64,000 bases of DNA, from contig CAVYNY010000008.1 of assembly GCA_963769935.1 (NCBI GenBank), positions 96,001 through 160,000 on the forward strand. The letters are read 5' to 3'. The position numbers and the translations under genes were made by a program. This document shows positions 19,502 to 30,003 of this stretch, in pieces; the first letter of the stretch is position 1; the number at the start of each line of letters is the position of its first letter. A model generated the notes under the pieces. It was not told where the DNA came from. It did not search any database and saw only the letters and a program-made list of their open reading frames with translations. The DNA comes from an uncultured delta proteobacterium. Its GTDB lineage: Bacteria; Desulfobacterota; Desulfobacteria; Desulfobacterales; JAFDCJ01.

Positions 19502-21064
19502 ATGGCCTTTGAAAAGGAATTAAAAGAACTTGAACAAAGGCGGGCCAAGGCCCTGCAAATGGGCGGTGCTGCAAAGATTAAGAAGCAGCACGACAAAGGC
19601 CGGTTGACCGCCCGTGAAAGAATTGATCAGCTGTTGGATCCGGAATCATTTCTGGAGGTCGGCATGCTCAATCACTCGGACGTATCGGGCATGGAAGAAA
19701 AAACGCCGGCCGACAGCAAAGTCGGCGGCTATGGTAAAATCGATGGGCGCCGGGTGGTGGTCGTGTCCAATGATTTTACCGTCCTGGCGGCAACCTCCAG
19801 CCGCATCGCCGGGCGCAAAGAAGGGGAACTCAAAGCATTGGCGGCTCGTCGCGGTCACCCGGTGATTTACCTTGGAGAAGCCGGCGGCGCGCGTATGCCC
19901 GATATAATGGGGTCGGCCGGTTTGGCCTCCTACGGCGGCGGCGGTTTCGACAGCTATCTTCAAATAATGAGCCGCGTTCGTCAAACCCCGATGATTACGG
20001 CAATCCTGGGGGAATGCTACGGCATGCCGACCTGGATGGCCTGTTTATCGGATTTTGTGGTCCAGGTAAAAGGCAGCGCCATGGGGGTGTCCGGTCCGCG
20101 GGTGGTTGAACTGGCCCTGGGAGAAATTGTCAGCGACGAGGAGCTGGGCGGTTGGCAGGTGCACGCTGAAATCACCGGCAATGTCGACCGGGTGGCAGAA
20201 AATGAGCAGGAATGCTTTCAACTTCTCCGGCAATACTTGGCTTACATGCCGGACCATTGCGAAGAGCTTCCCCCGACAGCTCCCGTGCCGGAAGACTCCG
20301 GATCCGGCATGCACCAAATTCTAGACTTTCTGCCGGAAAAACGAAATCGCGGTTACGACATGCACCGGATTCTAAAATGCATAGTCGACAGCAGCAGCCT
20401 CTTCCCGATCAAACCTGCCTTTGGGAAGTCGGCGATCACTGCGCTGGCAAGAATTGAGGGTAAGGTGATCGGGATTGTGGCCAATCAACCCATGTTTAAC
20501 GCCGGTGCCATGGATACCGACGGCATCGACAAAGTAATCAGTTTTCTGTGTCTCTGCGACTCGTTTAACATTCCGCTGGTTTTCTTTCACGATATCCCGG
20601 GATTCCTGGTGGGAAAAGCAGCCGAACGCAAGCGCGTGGCCGCCCGCGTCATGAACTACATGAATGCACTGGGCTTGCTGACCGTTCCCAAAATTTCGAT
20701 TATCGTCAGAAAAACCTATGGTATGGCGTTCTGGAATATGTGCGGATCCGGATGCGCGGCCGATTTTCTGGTGGCCTGGCCCTCGGCGGAAATGAGTTTT
20801 GTGGACCCGGCGATTGCCGCCAATGTCGTCTATGGGGGCAAACCGTCTGCGGCCGACAAACAATCCGATGAATGGCAGCGGCTGATCCAGCAGCTCGTCG
20901 ATGATGCATCCCCATACGGTGCCGCGGGCAAACATTACATCCACGATGTGATTGATCCCAGAGAGACGCGGCGCTATATTGTTCAAGCTCTGGAAGTGAG
21001 CTACAACCAGAGGTGCAAAGGAATTAGTGAACATAGACTGGCCAACTGGCCAACCAAATTCTAA
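19502..21064 (+). CDS. Acyl-CoA carboxylase/decarboxylase carboxyltransferase subunit
   Basis: GRLTARERI, GGARMP, EELGG, ARIEG..GIVANQP, CDSFNIPLVF, DVIDPRETR. Confidence 0.9.
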   Translation: MAFEKELKELEQRRAKALQMGGAAKIKKQHDKGRLTARERIDQLLDPESFLEVGMLNHSDVSGMEEKTPADSKVGGYGKIDGRRVVVVSNDFTVLAATSSRIAGRKEGELKALAARRGHPVIYLGEAGGARMPDIMGSAGLASYGGGGFDSYLQIMSRVRQTPMITAILGECYGMPTWMACLSDFVVQVKGSAMGVSGPRVVELALGEIVSDEELGGWQVHAEITGNVDRVAENEQECFQLLRQYLAYMPDHCEELPPTAPVPEDSGSGMHQILDFLPEKRNRGYDMHRILKCIVDSSSLFPIKPAFGKSAITALARIEGKVIGIVANQPMFNAGAMDTDGIDKVISFLCLCDSFNIPLVFFHDIPGFLVGKAAERKRVAARVMNYMNALGLLTVPKISIIVRKTYGMAFWNMCGSGCAADFLVAWPSAEMSFVDPAIAANVVYGGKPSAADKQSDEWQRLIQQLVDDASPYGAAGKHYIHDVIDPRETRRYIVQALEVSYNQRCKGISEHRLANWPTKF

Positions 21065-21206
21065 ATTGGCTTCAAAAGCATAATCTCTTGCCCGCTGACT
21101 GCGTTATGCCGCGATCTCAAATGCTCACGTACACTTGTACGCTCCGCTTTAAGATCGCGGCATGCCTTGTGATCAAGCAGGATCTAACGCTTTTGAAGCC
21201 AATTTA
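21062..21206. mobile_element. 145-bp MITE-like palindromic element with perfect 18-bp terminal inverted repeats
   Basis: TAAATTGGCTTCAAAAGC ... GCTTTTGAAGCCAATTTA, internal ATGCCGCGATCT/AGATCGCGGCAT stem; begins at the upstream gene's TAA. Confidence 0.8.
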
Positions 21207-21347
21207 AATATTCTGAAAAAACACGGTTGGGTTAATCCTCGCGGCGAAGAAAGGACCGTTGTTCCAATATCGTTATTGGCATCGCTAATTTTAGGCAACA
21301 ACACACAACTTGCAACACACAACATACACCGACGTTAAGGAGGCATT

Positions 21348-22502
21348 ATGGGCAAGAGAATATTGAAAACCAAACTTTGTGACATGCTGGGGATTGAATA
21401 TCCGATATTAAGCGCCGGAATGGGGCCGACACTGATCGGCGAGAATACCGGAGCACCGGTTGAACTGGTAGTCGCCGTATCGGAAGCCGGGGGTCTGGGA
21501 GTGCTTGGCGGCAGCGGGTACACCGTGGATGAACTCCAGCAGGCCATTCGAGAAATTAAAAAACAAACCGGCAAACCTTATGGCGTCGATCTGCTCTTGC
21601 CGAAATACCTTGATTTCAAAGGCGGCCTCGGGCAAACGGGTGCTGCCGAGCTGTCATTGAACGAAGTGCTCAAAACCATCCCGGCTGCCCACCAGGAATG
21701 GATCAAAAAGATTAAACAGGAAATGGGACTGCCGGACGTTGAGATCAAGGTACGCCGGAACACCACCACCATGTTCCCCAAGGAATCCATCCGGGTGTGC
21801 ATCGAAGAAAAAGTGCCGCTTTTTTGTGCCGGCCTGGGAAATCCGGGTTTTATGGTGCCGGAGGCCCATGCCGTGGGGATGAAAGTGCTGGGAATTACCG
21901 GCAATGCCAAAAATGCCAAACGCATGGCGGATTCGGGCATCGATTTTCTGGTTGCCCAGGGGCACGAAGGCGGCGGGCATACCGGAAGAATAGGCACCAT
22001 GGTGCTGCTGCCGGCGGCAATCGATGCCGCTTACCCGGTTCCGGTCCTGGCAGCCGGCGGCATCGGCGACGGACGCGGCTTGGCGGCCGCACTGGCTATG
22101 GGCTGCGTGGGGGTGTGGGTCGGAACCCGTTTTCTGGCGACCAACGAAGGCGGAGCGCTGGCTGTGAACAAACAAAAAATTGTCCAAGCAACCGATGAAG
22201 GCACCCGCGTCAGCACGGCCTATACCGGCAAGACACTGCGCGCCAGCTATAACAAATTTCACGATCTATGGGATAATTCGGGACTCGACCCCCTGCCCTT
22301 CCCGACCCAGGTATTAATTTCTTCCGCCCTTCTGGCCAGCTTTATTGATGCAGATAAAACCGATTTTGTCGGCGGCCTGGCCGGTCAAGTTTCCGGAATC
22401 ATCAAAGAAATCAAGCCAGCCGCCCAGGTTGTTGAAGAGATGGTTGAAGAAGCAGTGGATATTTTAACGCGAAAATTGCCGGAAAGCGTGGTGGCGAAGT
22501 AG
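21348..22502 (+). CDS. Nitronate monooxygenase / FabK-like FMN enzyme
   Basis: LGIEYPILSAGMG, AVSEAGGLG, AQGHEGGGH, AAGGIGDGRG, GTRF. Confidence 0.88.
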   Translation: MGKRILKTKLCDMLGIEYPILSAGMGPTLIGENTGAPVELVVAVSEAGGLGVLGGSGYTVDELQQAIREIKKQTGKPYGVDLLLPKYLDFKGGLGQTGAAELSLNEVLKTIPAAHQEWIKKIKQEMGLPDVEIKVRRNTTTMFPKESIRVCIEEKVPLFCAGLGNPGFMVPEAHAVGMKVLGITGNAKNAKRMADSGIDFLVAQGHEGGGHTGRIGTMVLLPAAIDAAYPVPVLAAGGIGDGRGLAAALAMGCVGVWVGTRFLATNEGGALAVNKQKIVQATDEGTRVSTAYTGKTLRASYNKFHDLWDNSGLDPLPFPTQVLISSALLASFIDADKTDFVGGLAGQVSGIIKEIKPAAQVVEEMVEEAVDILTRKLPESVVAK

Positions 22503-22512
22503 CTTAAAGAGA

Positions 22513-22580
22513 AGGTTTCAGGTTTCAGCCCAGCCGCCGGCCGTTGTTTTGGCCGGCGGCTGGGCTGAAACCTGAAACCT
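22513..22580. repeat. Palindromic element between convergent genes (GGTTTCA arms); may act as a bidirectional terminator
   Basis: AGGTTTCAGGTTTCAGCCCAGCCGCCGGCC-gttgtttt-GGCCGGCGGCTGGGCTGAAACCTGAAACCT. Confidence 0.85.
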
Positions 22581-22587
22581 AAACAGT

Positions 22588-23784
22588 TTACTTATCCGTC
22601 AACGCCGCCACTCCCGGCAGGGTTTTGCCCTCGATGAATTCCAGCGAGGCGCCGCCGCCGGTGGATACGTGGGATACTTTATCGGCCACCCCGGCTTTAT
22701 CCACAGCCGAAGCTGAATCCCCGCCTCCGATAACCGTAGTCGCCCCGGCCGCGGTGGCCTCCGCCAACAGATTGGCGATGGCGTAAGTTCCTTTGGCAGT
22801 CTCGGGAATTTCAAATACACCCATGGGACCGTTCCAGATTACAGTTTGGGCGCCGGACAGTACCGAACGAAATTTTTCAATGGATTTGCTTCCGATGTCA
22901 AGACTTTCCCAGCCTGCGGGTATGGCATCGGCACTGACCTCCTTCAAGGTGCCGATCTTGCGCGCCTTGAAATCAAAAAAGTCGGTGACCATGCAATCAA
23001 CGGGAAAAACCAGTTTGCCGCCGGCCTGCGCCAGAATTTCTGCGGCAATATCGATCTTATCCTCTTCCAGCAGGGAGTTGCCGATTTCCAATCCCTGGGC
23101 TTTAAAAAACGTAAAGGTCATGCCGCCGCCGATAATCACTTTGTCGACTTTGGGCAGCAAATTGGTAATGACATCAATTTTACCGGATATTTTGGCACCG
23201 CCCAGAATGGCTATAAACGGCCTGTCAGGATTTTCGATGACGCTGCCCAGATATTCAAGCTCCTTCATCATAAGGAAGCCGGCAGCACACTGGTCAAAGT
23301 AGTGGGTCACACCCTCGGTGGAGGCATGGGCTCGATGGGCAGTCCCGAAGGCATCATTGACATACAGATTGCCGAACGCGGCAAGTTTTTTGGCAAAAGC
23401 GGCGTCATTAGCCGTTTCTTCTTTGTAGAATCGAAGGTTTTCGAGCAACAGCACATCGCCGTCTGCAAGCCGATTGACCGCAGCTTCAGCCGCTTTGCCG
23501 ATGCAGTCATCAGCAAAGGCGACATCCTGGCCCAACATTTTCTTTAAGACAGCCACGCAGGGCACCAAAGACATCTCCGGCACCCGTTTCCCGTCAGGCC
23601 GGCCGAGATGAGACATCAGGATCAAACGGCCGCCCTTTTCAATGATGTAATTGATGGTCGGTAATGCCGCCCGGATACGCGTGTCATTGGCGACTTTGCC
23701 TTTTTCCAGCGGCACGTTGAAATCAACCCTCATCAGAACCCGTTTACCTCGCACAGATAGATCTTCGACGGTAAGTTTCTTCAT
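22588..23784 (-). CDS. pgk: Phosphoglycerate kinase
   Basis: [54 protein letters not shown]. Confidence 0.98.
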   Translation of the reverse strand: MKKLTVEDLSVRGKRVLMRVDFNVPLEKGKVANDTRIRAALPTINYIIEKGGRLILMSHLGRPDGKRVPEMSLVPCVAVLKKMLGQDVAFADDCIGKAAEAAVNRLADGDVLLLENLRFYKEETANDAAFAKKLAAFGNLYVNDAFGTAHRAHASTEGVTHYFDQCAAGFLMMKELEYLGSVIENPDRPFIAILGGAKISGKIDVITNLLPKVDKVIIGGGMTFTFFKAQGLEIGNSLLEEDKIDIAAEILAQAGGKLVFPVDCMVTDFFDFKARKIGTLKEVSADAIPAGWESLDIGSKSIEKFRSVLSGAQTVIWNGPMGVFEIPETAKGTYAIANLLAEATAAGATTVIGGGDSASAVDKAGVADKVSHVSTGGGASLEFIEGKTLPGVAALTDK

Positions 23785-23814
23785 GGCCTCCCCCTGATAA
23801 TTGAATAATTTCGA

Positions 23815-24759
23815 TTAAATGTTGTAAAACTCCATTGCGTTGCGCCCCAGAATTCCGGCCAAAGCTTCCTCAGCCAGATTGAGCTGAACAAGACGCTTGA
23901 TCTCGCGGTCCCAGGCATAGGGCAAGTTGGGAAAATCGGTGCCGAAGATGATCCGATCGGTTCGCATTTCAGCAAGCTTCGGAAAGTAGTCCATGGGTAA
24001 ATATTCTGCCAGGGTCATGGTGGTATCGAGCCAGAGATTGTCGTATTTTTCCAGCATTGCCTGGTAAGCATCAAACTCGTCTGCGCCCAGATGCGGGACA
24101 CAGACTTTCAGGCGGGGATAGTCCTTGAGAACCCGCTCCAATTTTTCGGCGCTGCATAATGTATAAGGATCGCACGGGTAAGCCGGACTTTTGGGCTCAC
24201 GGCCGACATGCATGATCAGTGGTTTGCAATTGACGGTGCAGGTTTCATATATTTCATGCAGCGGGGCGCTGTCCATATCAAAACACTGGACATGGCTGTG
24301 GAGCTTTACCCCCTTGAGGCCGTCCTCAAAGGCCTGTTCCAGAATCGCTCCGGCACCTTCTTCACCGGGATAGACGGTCGCCATGGCCGTAACCTGCGGA
24401 TGAAATCGACAGATATTGGCCATATAGGCATTCAGCTCGCGGGCAATGCCCGGTTTATGCGCATAATGAAGGGCAACCAGGTGATCGATGCCGTGGGAGA
24501 GCAGAAACTTTATGATCTCCTCGGATGACAGCTGGTATCTTATCGGCCAGCCGAAATTTTCGAACCATTGCCGGATGGGTGCAAACAGGTAGTCCGGAAA
24601 AAGATGAACATGGGCGTCGACCACGAAAGCGGCTGAATCAGGTATGTAGTCGCCTTCAGGGTCGTTCAGCAAAGGAAGCGGGGCTTTTAATAAGCCGTGT
24701 GCTTTAGGATGGGTAGCCGAATCTTCCATATGACCAAACCGTTTGAGGTTCGCATCCAA
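23815..24759 (-). CDS. Amidohydrolase_2 family metal-dependent hydrolase
   Basis: VVDAHVH, GVKLH, HLG, IFGTDFP. Confidence 0.85.
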   Translation of the reverse strand: MDANLKRFGHMEDSATHPKAHGLLKAPLPLLNDPEGDYIPDSAAFVVDAHVHLFPDYLFAPIRQWFENFGWPIRYQLSSEEIIKFLLSHGIDHLVALHYAHKPGIARELNAYMANICRFHPQVTAMATVYPGEEGAGAILEQAFEDGLKGVKLHSHVQCFDMDSAPLHEIYETCTVNCKPLIMHVGREPKSPAYPCDPYTLCSAEKLERVLKDYPRLKVCVPHLGADEFDAYQAMLEKYDNLWLDTTMTLAEYLPMDYFPKLAEMRTDRIIFGTDFPNLPYAWDREIKRLVQLNLAEEALAGILGRNAMEFYNI

Positions 24760-25097
24760 CTATTTCATTTAATTTCGGAGTATTGGAGGAATGGAGGAAC
24801 GGTTGAAGGTTTGATATCTTCTTTTTCAGTACTCCAACACTCCATTACTCCCGCACTTATAGATCGAGACTTTCGAAAGCTTCTCGCAATTTTAAATCAC
24901 CTTAATTATGTTCATCGTCCCGTAAAATATGACATTGATATCGGATTTTCAATAAGATTGACAAAATTATAGCAGAATTGGTAAGTCCAGACTAATCGAA
25001 AAAACAGATTCACTGGATCGCGATAATATCGTCAAAATCGTCAATAATTGCCGACGAATCCTTAGACTATCAACCTGGTGATCCGTCAACTATATCA

Positions 25098-26225
25098 ATG
25101 AAAACCGTTCACAAAATCTTTTTTGAAGATTCAAAAAACATGCGTGCGATCCCGGCTTCAAGTGTGCATCTGGTGGTCACCTCACCGCCCTACCCGATGA
25201 TTGAAATGTGGGATGACCTGTTTAGGCGCCGGAACGTAAAGATAGGCCAAGCACTGAAAAGCAAAAATGCTCCCGAGGCATTTGAATTGATGCACCAACA
25301 GCTGGATCCTGTGTGGCATGAAATTTACCGCATCCTGGTAGACGGCGGAATTGGCTGTATCAATATCGGGGATGCCGTCCGGACCATCAACGATAATTTT
25401 ATGTTGTATGCCAATCATGCAAGAATTCTGAAGGCTCTTTTGAAAACCGGCTTCACCACCCTGCCGCTGATATTGTGGCGCAAGCCCACCAATGCGCCCA
25501 ATAAATTTATGGGTTCGGGAATGCTGCCGGCGGGCGCTTATGTGACCCTCGAACATGAATACATTCTCATTGTTCGCAAAGGCGCCAAAAGAGAGTTTAA
25601 AAGCGACGCGGAGAAACAAAACCGGCGGGAAAGCGCCCTTTTCTGGGAAGAAAGAAACAACTGGTTCTCGGACGTGTGGCTGGGGTTGATCGGCACCCAG
25701 CAAAAGATGAAAAAGGATGCCGCCCGCCTGAGAAGCGCGGCGTTCCCTTTTGAGCTGGCCTATCGCCTGGTGAACATGTATTCCGCCAAAGGCGACACGG
25801 TGGTTGATCCGTTTCTGGGAACCGGCACGACCATGCACTCGGCTGTGGCTTCGGGCAGAAACAGTATCGGCTATGAAATAGAAGCCGGTTTTCAAGATGT
25901 TATTGCGGCGGATAAGGATAGGATGCTCGCAGTTTCCCATGACCGAATACGGCAACGAATCCTGTCCCATCTTGGCTACCTGGAAGCGCGTTCGGATGAA
26001 AAGGGCAAATTCAAGTACTTAAACAGGCGTTATAAGTTTCCGGTAATGACCCGCCAGGAAGTTGAGCTTTTTTTTAATCCGCTGGAAAGTATCAACCGAT
26101 TGAACGACAGCACGCTGGAAGCAACGTACGCCGAGCTTCCCGAGCGGGAATTCGAAGGTGATTGGCAGCAACTATTGCCGGCCGACCCGAAGAAATCAAA
26201 ATCCCGCCAGATAGAGCTGTTTTAG
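25098..26225 (+). CDS. Beta-class amino DNA methyltransferase (probably N4-cytosine), orphan
   Basis: Motif IV TSPPY near the N-terminus, motif I DPFLGTGTT near the C-terminus. Confidence 0.88.
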   Translation: MKTVHKIFFEDSKNMRAIPASSVHLVVTSPPYPMIEMWDDLFRRRNVKIGQALKSKNAPEAFELMHQQLDPVWHEIYRILVDGGIGCINIGDAVRTINDNFMLYANHARILKALLKTGFTTLPLILWRKPTNAPNKFMGSGMLPAGAYVTLEHEYILIVRKGAKREFKSDAEKQNRRESALFWEERNNWFSDVWLGLIGTQQKMKKDAARLRSAAFPFELAYRLVNMYSAKGDTVVDPFLGTGTTMHSAVASGRNSIGYEIEAGFQDVIAADKDRMLAVSHDRIRQRILSHLGYLEARSDEKGKFKYLNRRYKFPVMTRQEVELFFNPLESINRLNDSTLEATYAELPEREFEGDWQQLLPADPKKSKSRQIELF

Positions 26226-26399
26226 ATGATTAAAATCCGATTACATCTTTTGCTCATGTAACATTTAGCTGGTTTGGATCATTAGAATTTTGAATTTGAA
26301 TATTGTTTGTTATTTGTTTTTTGGTGCTTGGAATTTTCTACCTTAAAAGGGATGAACTCTACCTTGTCTAAAACAGTGTGAAGGCTACTTTCTATTAAT

Positions 26400-27629
26400 C
26401 TACCCTTGGATCGCCTCAATCCTCTCCAACACCGGCGGGTGCGAATAGTTTAAAAATACGTACAGCGGGTGCGGCAAAAGATTGGAAAGATTATTTACGG
26501 AAAGTTTTTTCAGCGCCGCCACCATGGAATTTGGATCATGGGTGGTTTCAACTGAAAATCGATCTGCTTCAGTTTCATTTCTGCGTGAAAGCATCTGCAT
26601 AAAGATACCGAAGATAAAACCGAGCGGTGAATAAAGCATCCCGAAAAATATCAGCCCCGCGTACACGGATTTGTGCGGCATATAAAAGGCATCAAAGAGT
26701 GGCTGATAAGAGAGAAAAATCGACAGCAGGTAGAGCATCATCCCCATTTGCAAAATACCCAGGGCCATGCTTTGGTAAATATGCTTTTTTTTGTAGTGCC
26801 CCATTTCGTGCGCCAATACAGCGAGCAATTCTCCGACCGTGTGTTGTTTAATGAGAGTATCAAACAATACAATGCGTCTGTGCCTGCCGAAGCCGGTAAA
26901 AAAGGCATTGGATTTGCGGGAACGCCGCGAACCGTCCATGACATATACGTTTTCGATCGGAAAATTTATGGAGCCTGCGTAGGACAAAATGGCAGATTTG
27001 AGCTCTCCTTCCTCCAGGGGGGTGAATTTATTGAAAAGCGGCATGATCCAGGTAGGTGCAATAAATTGAACGCCAAGCATGTACGAAGTGACTGCGATCC
27101 AGCAATACCACCAGGCATTTGAGCCGGCATATTCAAAAAAGGCCAGGACACCTGCTAATAGCGGCGTGCCCAGCAGGATTGCCAGAGATACCCCCTTTAG
27201 CATATCCTTCAGGAAAGTAGACCAGGTAGTTTGATTGAACCCGAACCGCTCTTCAATCACAAATGTTGTATAAACACTGAACGGCAGCGACAGCAGCGCT
27301 TTGATTGATATGAGGATGCCCATATAGATTAAACCGGCAATGACGGGTCCGTAGTTAAAGGATCGCACCCATTCATCCAGCAGCGGGAAGCCTCTGCCGA
27401 ACCAGAAGACCAGAATCACGATGATGTTGAAAGTACCGGTCACCCAGCCGAAGCGGGTATTGACTTTTAAATATTGCTGGGATTTACGGTACCGATCGGG
27501 GTCATACACACCCTGAAAGGCATCGGGCAAGCTGTTGCGCAGCATTTTCAGATTGAGGTAATCGGCAACACCGTTCAGGATAAAATCGAAGATGATCGCT
27601 GACAGGATAATGAGGGCGATGGTATTCAT
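26400..27629 (-). CDS. M48 (Ste24/CAAX-like) membrane metalloprotease
   Basis: SNAFFTG, RIVLFDTL, AHEMGH, ETEAD, YSHPPVLERI. Confidence 0.93.
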   Translation of the reverse strand: MNTIALIILSAIIFDFILNGVADYLNLKMLRNSLPDAFQGVYDPDRYRKSQQYLKVNTRFGWVTGTFNIIVILVFWFGRGFPLLDEWVRSFNYGPVIAGLIYMGILISIKALLSLPFSVYTTFVIEERFGFNQTTWSTFLKDMLKGVSLAILLGTPLLAGVLAFFEYAGSNAWWYCWIAVTSYMLGVQFIAPTWIMPLFNKFTPLEEGELKSAILSYAGSINFPIENVYVMDGSRRSRKSNAFFTGFGRHRRIVLFDTLIKQHTVGELLAVLAHEMGHYKKKHIYQSMALGILQMGMMLYLLSIFLSYQPLFDAFYMPHKSVYAGLIFFGMLYSPLGFIFGIFMQMLSRRNETEADRFSVETTHDPNSMVAALKKLSVNNLSNLLPHPLYVFLNYSHPPVLERIEAIQG

Positions 27630-27880
27630 AGAAATCTAACGATTTGTCTATTGTCTGTTGTCAGTTGTATGTTGGTGGGAATTGATTGGCCATGAATTGT
27701 CCTTCCAACCTAAGTTATCATTAGGCAACTTTTAATTGCATCGGCATGCGTATAAAACATTAAAAATGGTATTAATCAATCACTTTTGACAACAGACAAT
27801 CAACAACCGACAACTGACGCGGGGTTATTGCCCAAAGCCATCAATCTTAAAGTATCAGCAGCTTAATTTGATGAACGCAT

Positions 27881-28501
27881 CTAATCACGCTTTTTAACCC
27901 CGCCAGCCTCCATCAATTGAACCAGTTTCTCATGAGGCTGCGCGCCCACCAAAGACAAACCGTTCATCATAAATGTAGGAACGGCAGTGACGCCCATTTG
28001 ATGGGACCGATTCCAATCCTGGTCAACCGCCGCTTTGAAGGTGCGATTCTCAAGCGCATCCTGAACGAGATCGGCAGGCAGACCGACGGAGGTTCCCAGC
28101 TCCATCAACGTCGACTCCAGGCCGATGTTCAATCCATCTGCGAAATAGGCTTTAAATGCGGCCAGGTGGAATTGCCCGCCATGTCCCAGCTTTTCAGCCA
28201 GTTTCCCCAATTCCTGCGCCAGACGGCTGTTATAGGTTTTTTCACGCCTTCCAAAAGGCAACCCCAGCTCGGCGGCCACCCGGGTTAAATGATCGCGCAC
28301 CTGCTCGATATTGAATGGGCGGCCCGCAAACAGCTCTTCCAGTGTCACGCCTTCCCGCGGGGTTTCCGGATGCAAGGGGAAAGCTGTCCAACGGATTTCG
28401 ATGTCAAATTCCTGCTGCAATTTTTCAACACGCCCGGTGATGAAATAACACCAGGGTCAGATGTAATCGGAAAATATTTCCATGATAGTTGGTTTAGACA
28501 T
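27881..28501 (-). CDS. DsbA/FrnE-like thiol-disulfide oxidoreductase, probable selenoprotein (UPWC)
   Basis: GGAGG RBS and ATG at 28501 give MSKPTIMEIFSDYI-TGA-PWCYF, in frame with ORF 27881..28420 (FPLHPE, GVTAVPTF, GAQP). Confidence 0.85.
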
Positions 28502-28518
28502 GGTTGCCTCCCAATGAA

Positions 28519-28624
28519 CAAAAAAGGGGTGGTTCATGGGGAATGAACCACCCCGCATAGAGGAAAGTGTTAAGGGTTAGTTTGATAAGTTAACCGTTTA
28601 ACGACTTGGCAGCTAAGCTGCCTA
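28519..28624 (-). ncRNA. Candidate ~105-nt sRNA or attenuated leader
   Basis: TTGACA(28652-57)-N16-TATAGT(28630-35), 5' hairpin GGCAGC-TTA-GCTGCC, intrinsic terminator GGGGTGGTTCAT..ATGAACCACCCC-T run. Confidence 0.5.
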
Positions 28625-28775
28625 TCCAAACTATAATACCACTAAGTGACATGTCAATTATAAATTTAAAAAATAAAATTCCTTATAGCCCTTGGTTCGG
28701 TCCTTCAATTCCATTCAGATTCCTATCCGGCGCCAATGAAATGCCCTGATGTTCGGCCTGCCTATTGGGTCGCCC

Positions 28776-29366
28776 TCAAATCGAGCGCTCGAACTTGACC
28801 CCGAACCCTATACGATTAGACCAGGTGACCCTGCCCTGGAGCCTTTTAATTTTACCTTTTTTTTTCACAGGAATATATACTGTGACCTGTTGTCCTACCG
28901 CAACCAGGTCGCGTGTTTTGATAAAAACTCCGCCGCTGCTCACATTGTCCGTAATTCCCTCGTACGTCCGGCTGTCGAATTCATATTTTAACGGAAGGGT
29001 ACACTCGATTCGGGGATGCTCCCTTGAGCCATAATACTGGTCCTGATCTTTGGCTGGGACGCTTTCTTCCAATAGCTCCACGCCATAGCCGTAATAAAAT
29101 GCCGACCGTTTTAAGGGCCGGCACCACTTAATAATACCGCGATAGCTTTCGTATCTATCCGGTTCGGAAGCAAAAGGTGAGTTGGTGATGCCGATTCGAA
29201 CTTCGGTTTCCGGTTCCAGATGGAAATCGGCTTCTATGTACAAACCGAAATCGCTGTAATTGTACATCCGTCCACCACGTAAAACACCAATCTGGTCATT
29301 TTCCAGCGTTACCGGAGACTTGTGATCAAAGCGCGTTTTATCTCTATTCTCGGAATTTGAAATCAT
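28776..29366 (-). CDS. Tandem PilZ-domain protein
   Basis: RDKTR..NYSDFG and REHPR..DNVSSGG (RxxxR, D/NxSxxG twice). Confidence 0.85.
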   Translation of the reverse strand: MISNSENRDKTRFDHKSPVTLENDQIGVLRGGRMYNYSDFGLYIEADFHLEPETEVRIGITNSPFASEPDRYESYRGIIKWCRPLKRSAFYYGYGVELLEESVPAKDQDQYYGSREHPRIECTLPLKYEFDSRTYEGITDNVSSGGVFIKTRDLVAVGQQVTVYIPVKKKGKIKRLQGRVTWSNRIGFGVKFERSI

Positions 29367-29449
29367 TTAATTCCCCCTGGTCTGCACACCGCGATCGCCC
29401 TCCCGGCTTTCGAGTCGGATTTTAACAATTCTTTGCAGTGAAATTATGC

Positions 29450-29599
29450 CTAGGCTTTGATTTCATACTTCTTGAGAAGATCCTCGATGGCTTCCTCAAT
29501 TAGATCATTTTGCCGCTTTTCCAGTTGCGCTGCCAGGATCTTGATTTGTCTGATTAAATCCGCGTCTATCGTGGTGTTATACATTTTTCTATTGTTCAT
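29450..29599 (-). CDS. Small ribbon-helix-helix protein
   Basis: RKMYNTTIDADLIRQIKILAAQLEKRQNDLIEEAIEDLLKKY. Confidence 0.75.
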   Translation of the reverse strand: MNNRKMYNTTIDADLIRQIKILAAQLEKRQNDLIEEAIEDLLKKYEIKA

Positions 29600-29694
29600 G
29601 GCACCATCTATTGAAATAGGTTTGATAAATCGATTCAAAGGGGTGGATTTCTTAACGGCATACCTGACATCTGTTGAGGCCAGGTATGCTCATT

Positions 29695-30003
29695 TCATTT
29701 GGCGCACCTGTAGGCGGACGCGGCCGAACCGATTGGATAGTTGTACAACCATACAATGTGGGTAGCCTCCATATTATTGGCACGCTGCAGCACTTTTAAT
29801 TCTCCATCAAAATATTCCGCCAAATGATAATCAGTGACAAACTTGCCCGGATCAGAGGTTTCCGAAATTGTGTCTAAATATTGACATTCCCCAACCATTC
29901 CTGTTTCGGCAACGACCAGATTCGGAAATCTGTTTTTGGCACAGGCAAAAAAAATTATGATTATGACAGGAATCATCCATATGGCCGGATTTTTTTTCAG
30001 CAT
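29695..30003 (-). CDS. Small putative lipoprotein, unknown function
   Basis: Basic N-terminus, hydrophobic stretch, FFAC lipobox-like site. Confidence 0.6.
   Translation of the reverse strand: MLKKNPAIWMIPVIIIIFFACAKNRFPNLVVAETGMVGECQYLDTISETSDPGKFVTDYHLAEYFDGELKVLQRANNMEATHIVWLYNYPIGSAASAYRCAK

Noticed and set aside
10072..25970. Long antisense ORFs (e.g. 10072..10839, 14737..15510, 20372..21034, 22846..23547, 25182..25970)
   Set aside because: They overlap well-supported genes on the opposite strand or in another frame and lack motifs, as expected from codon bias.
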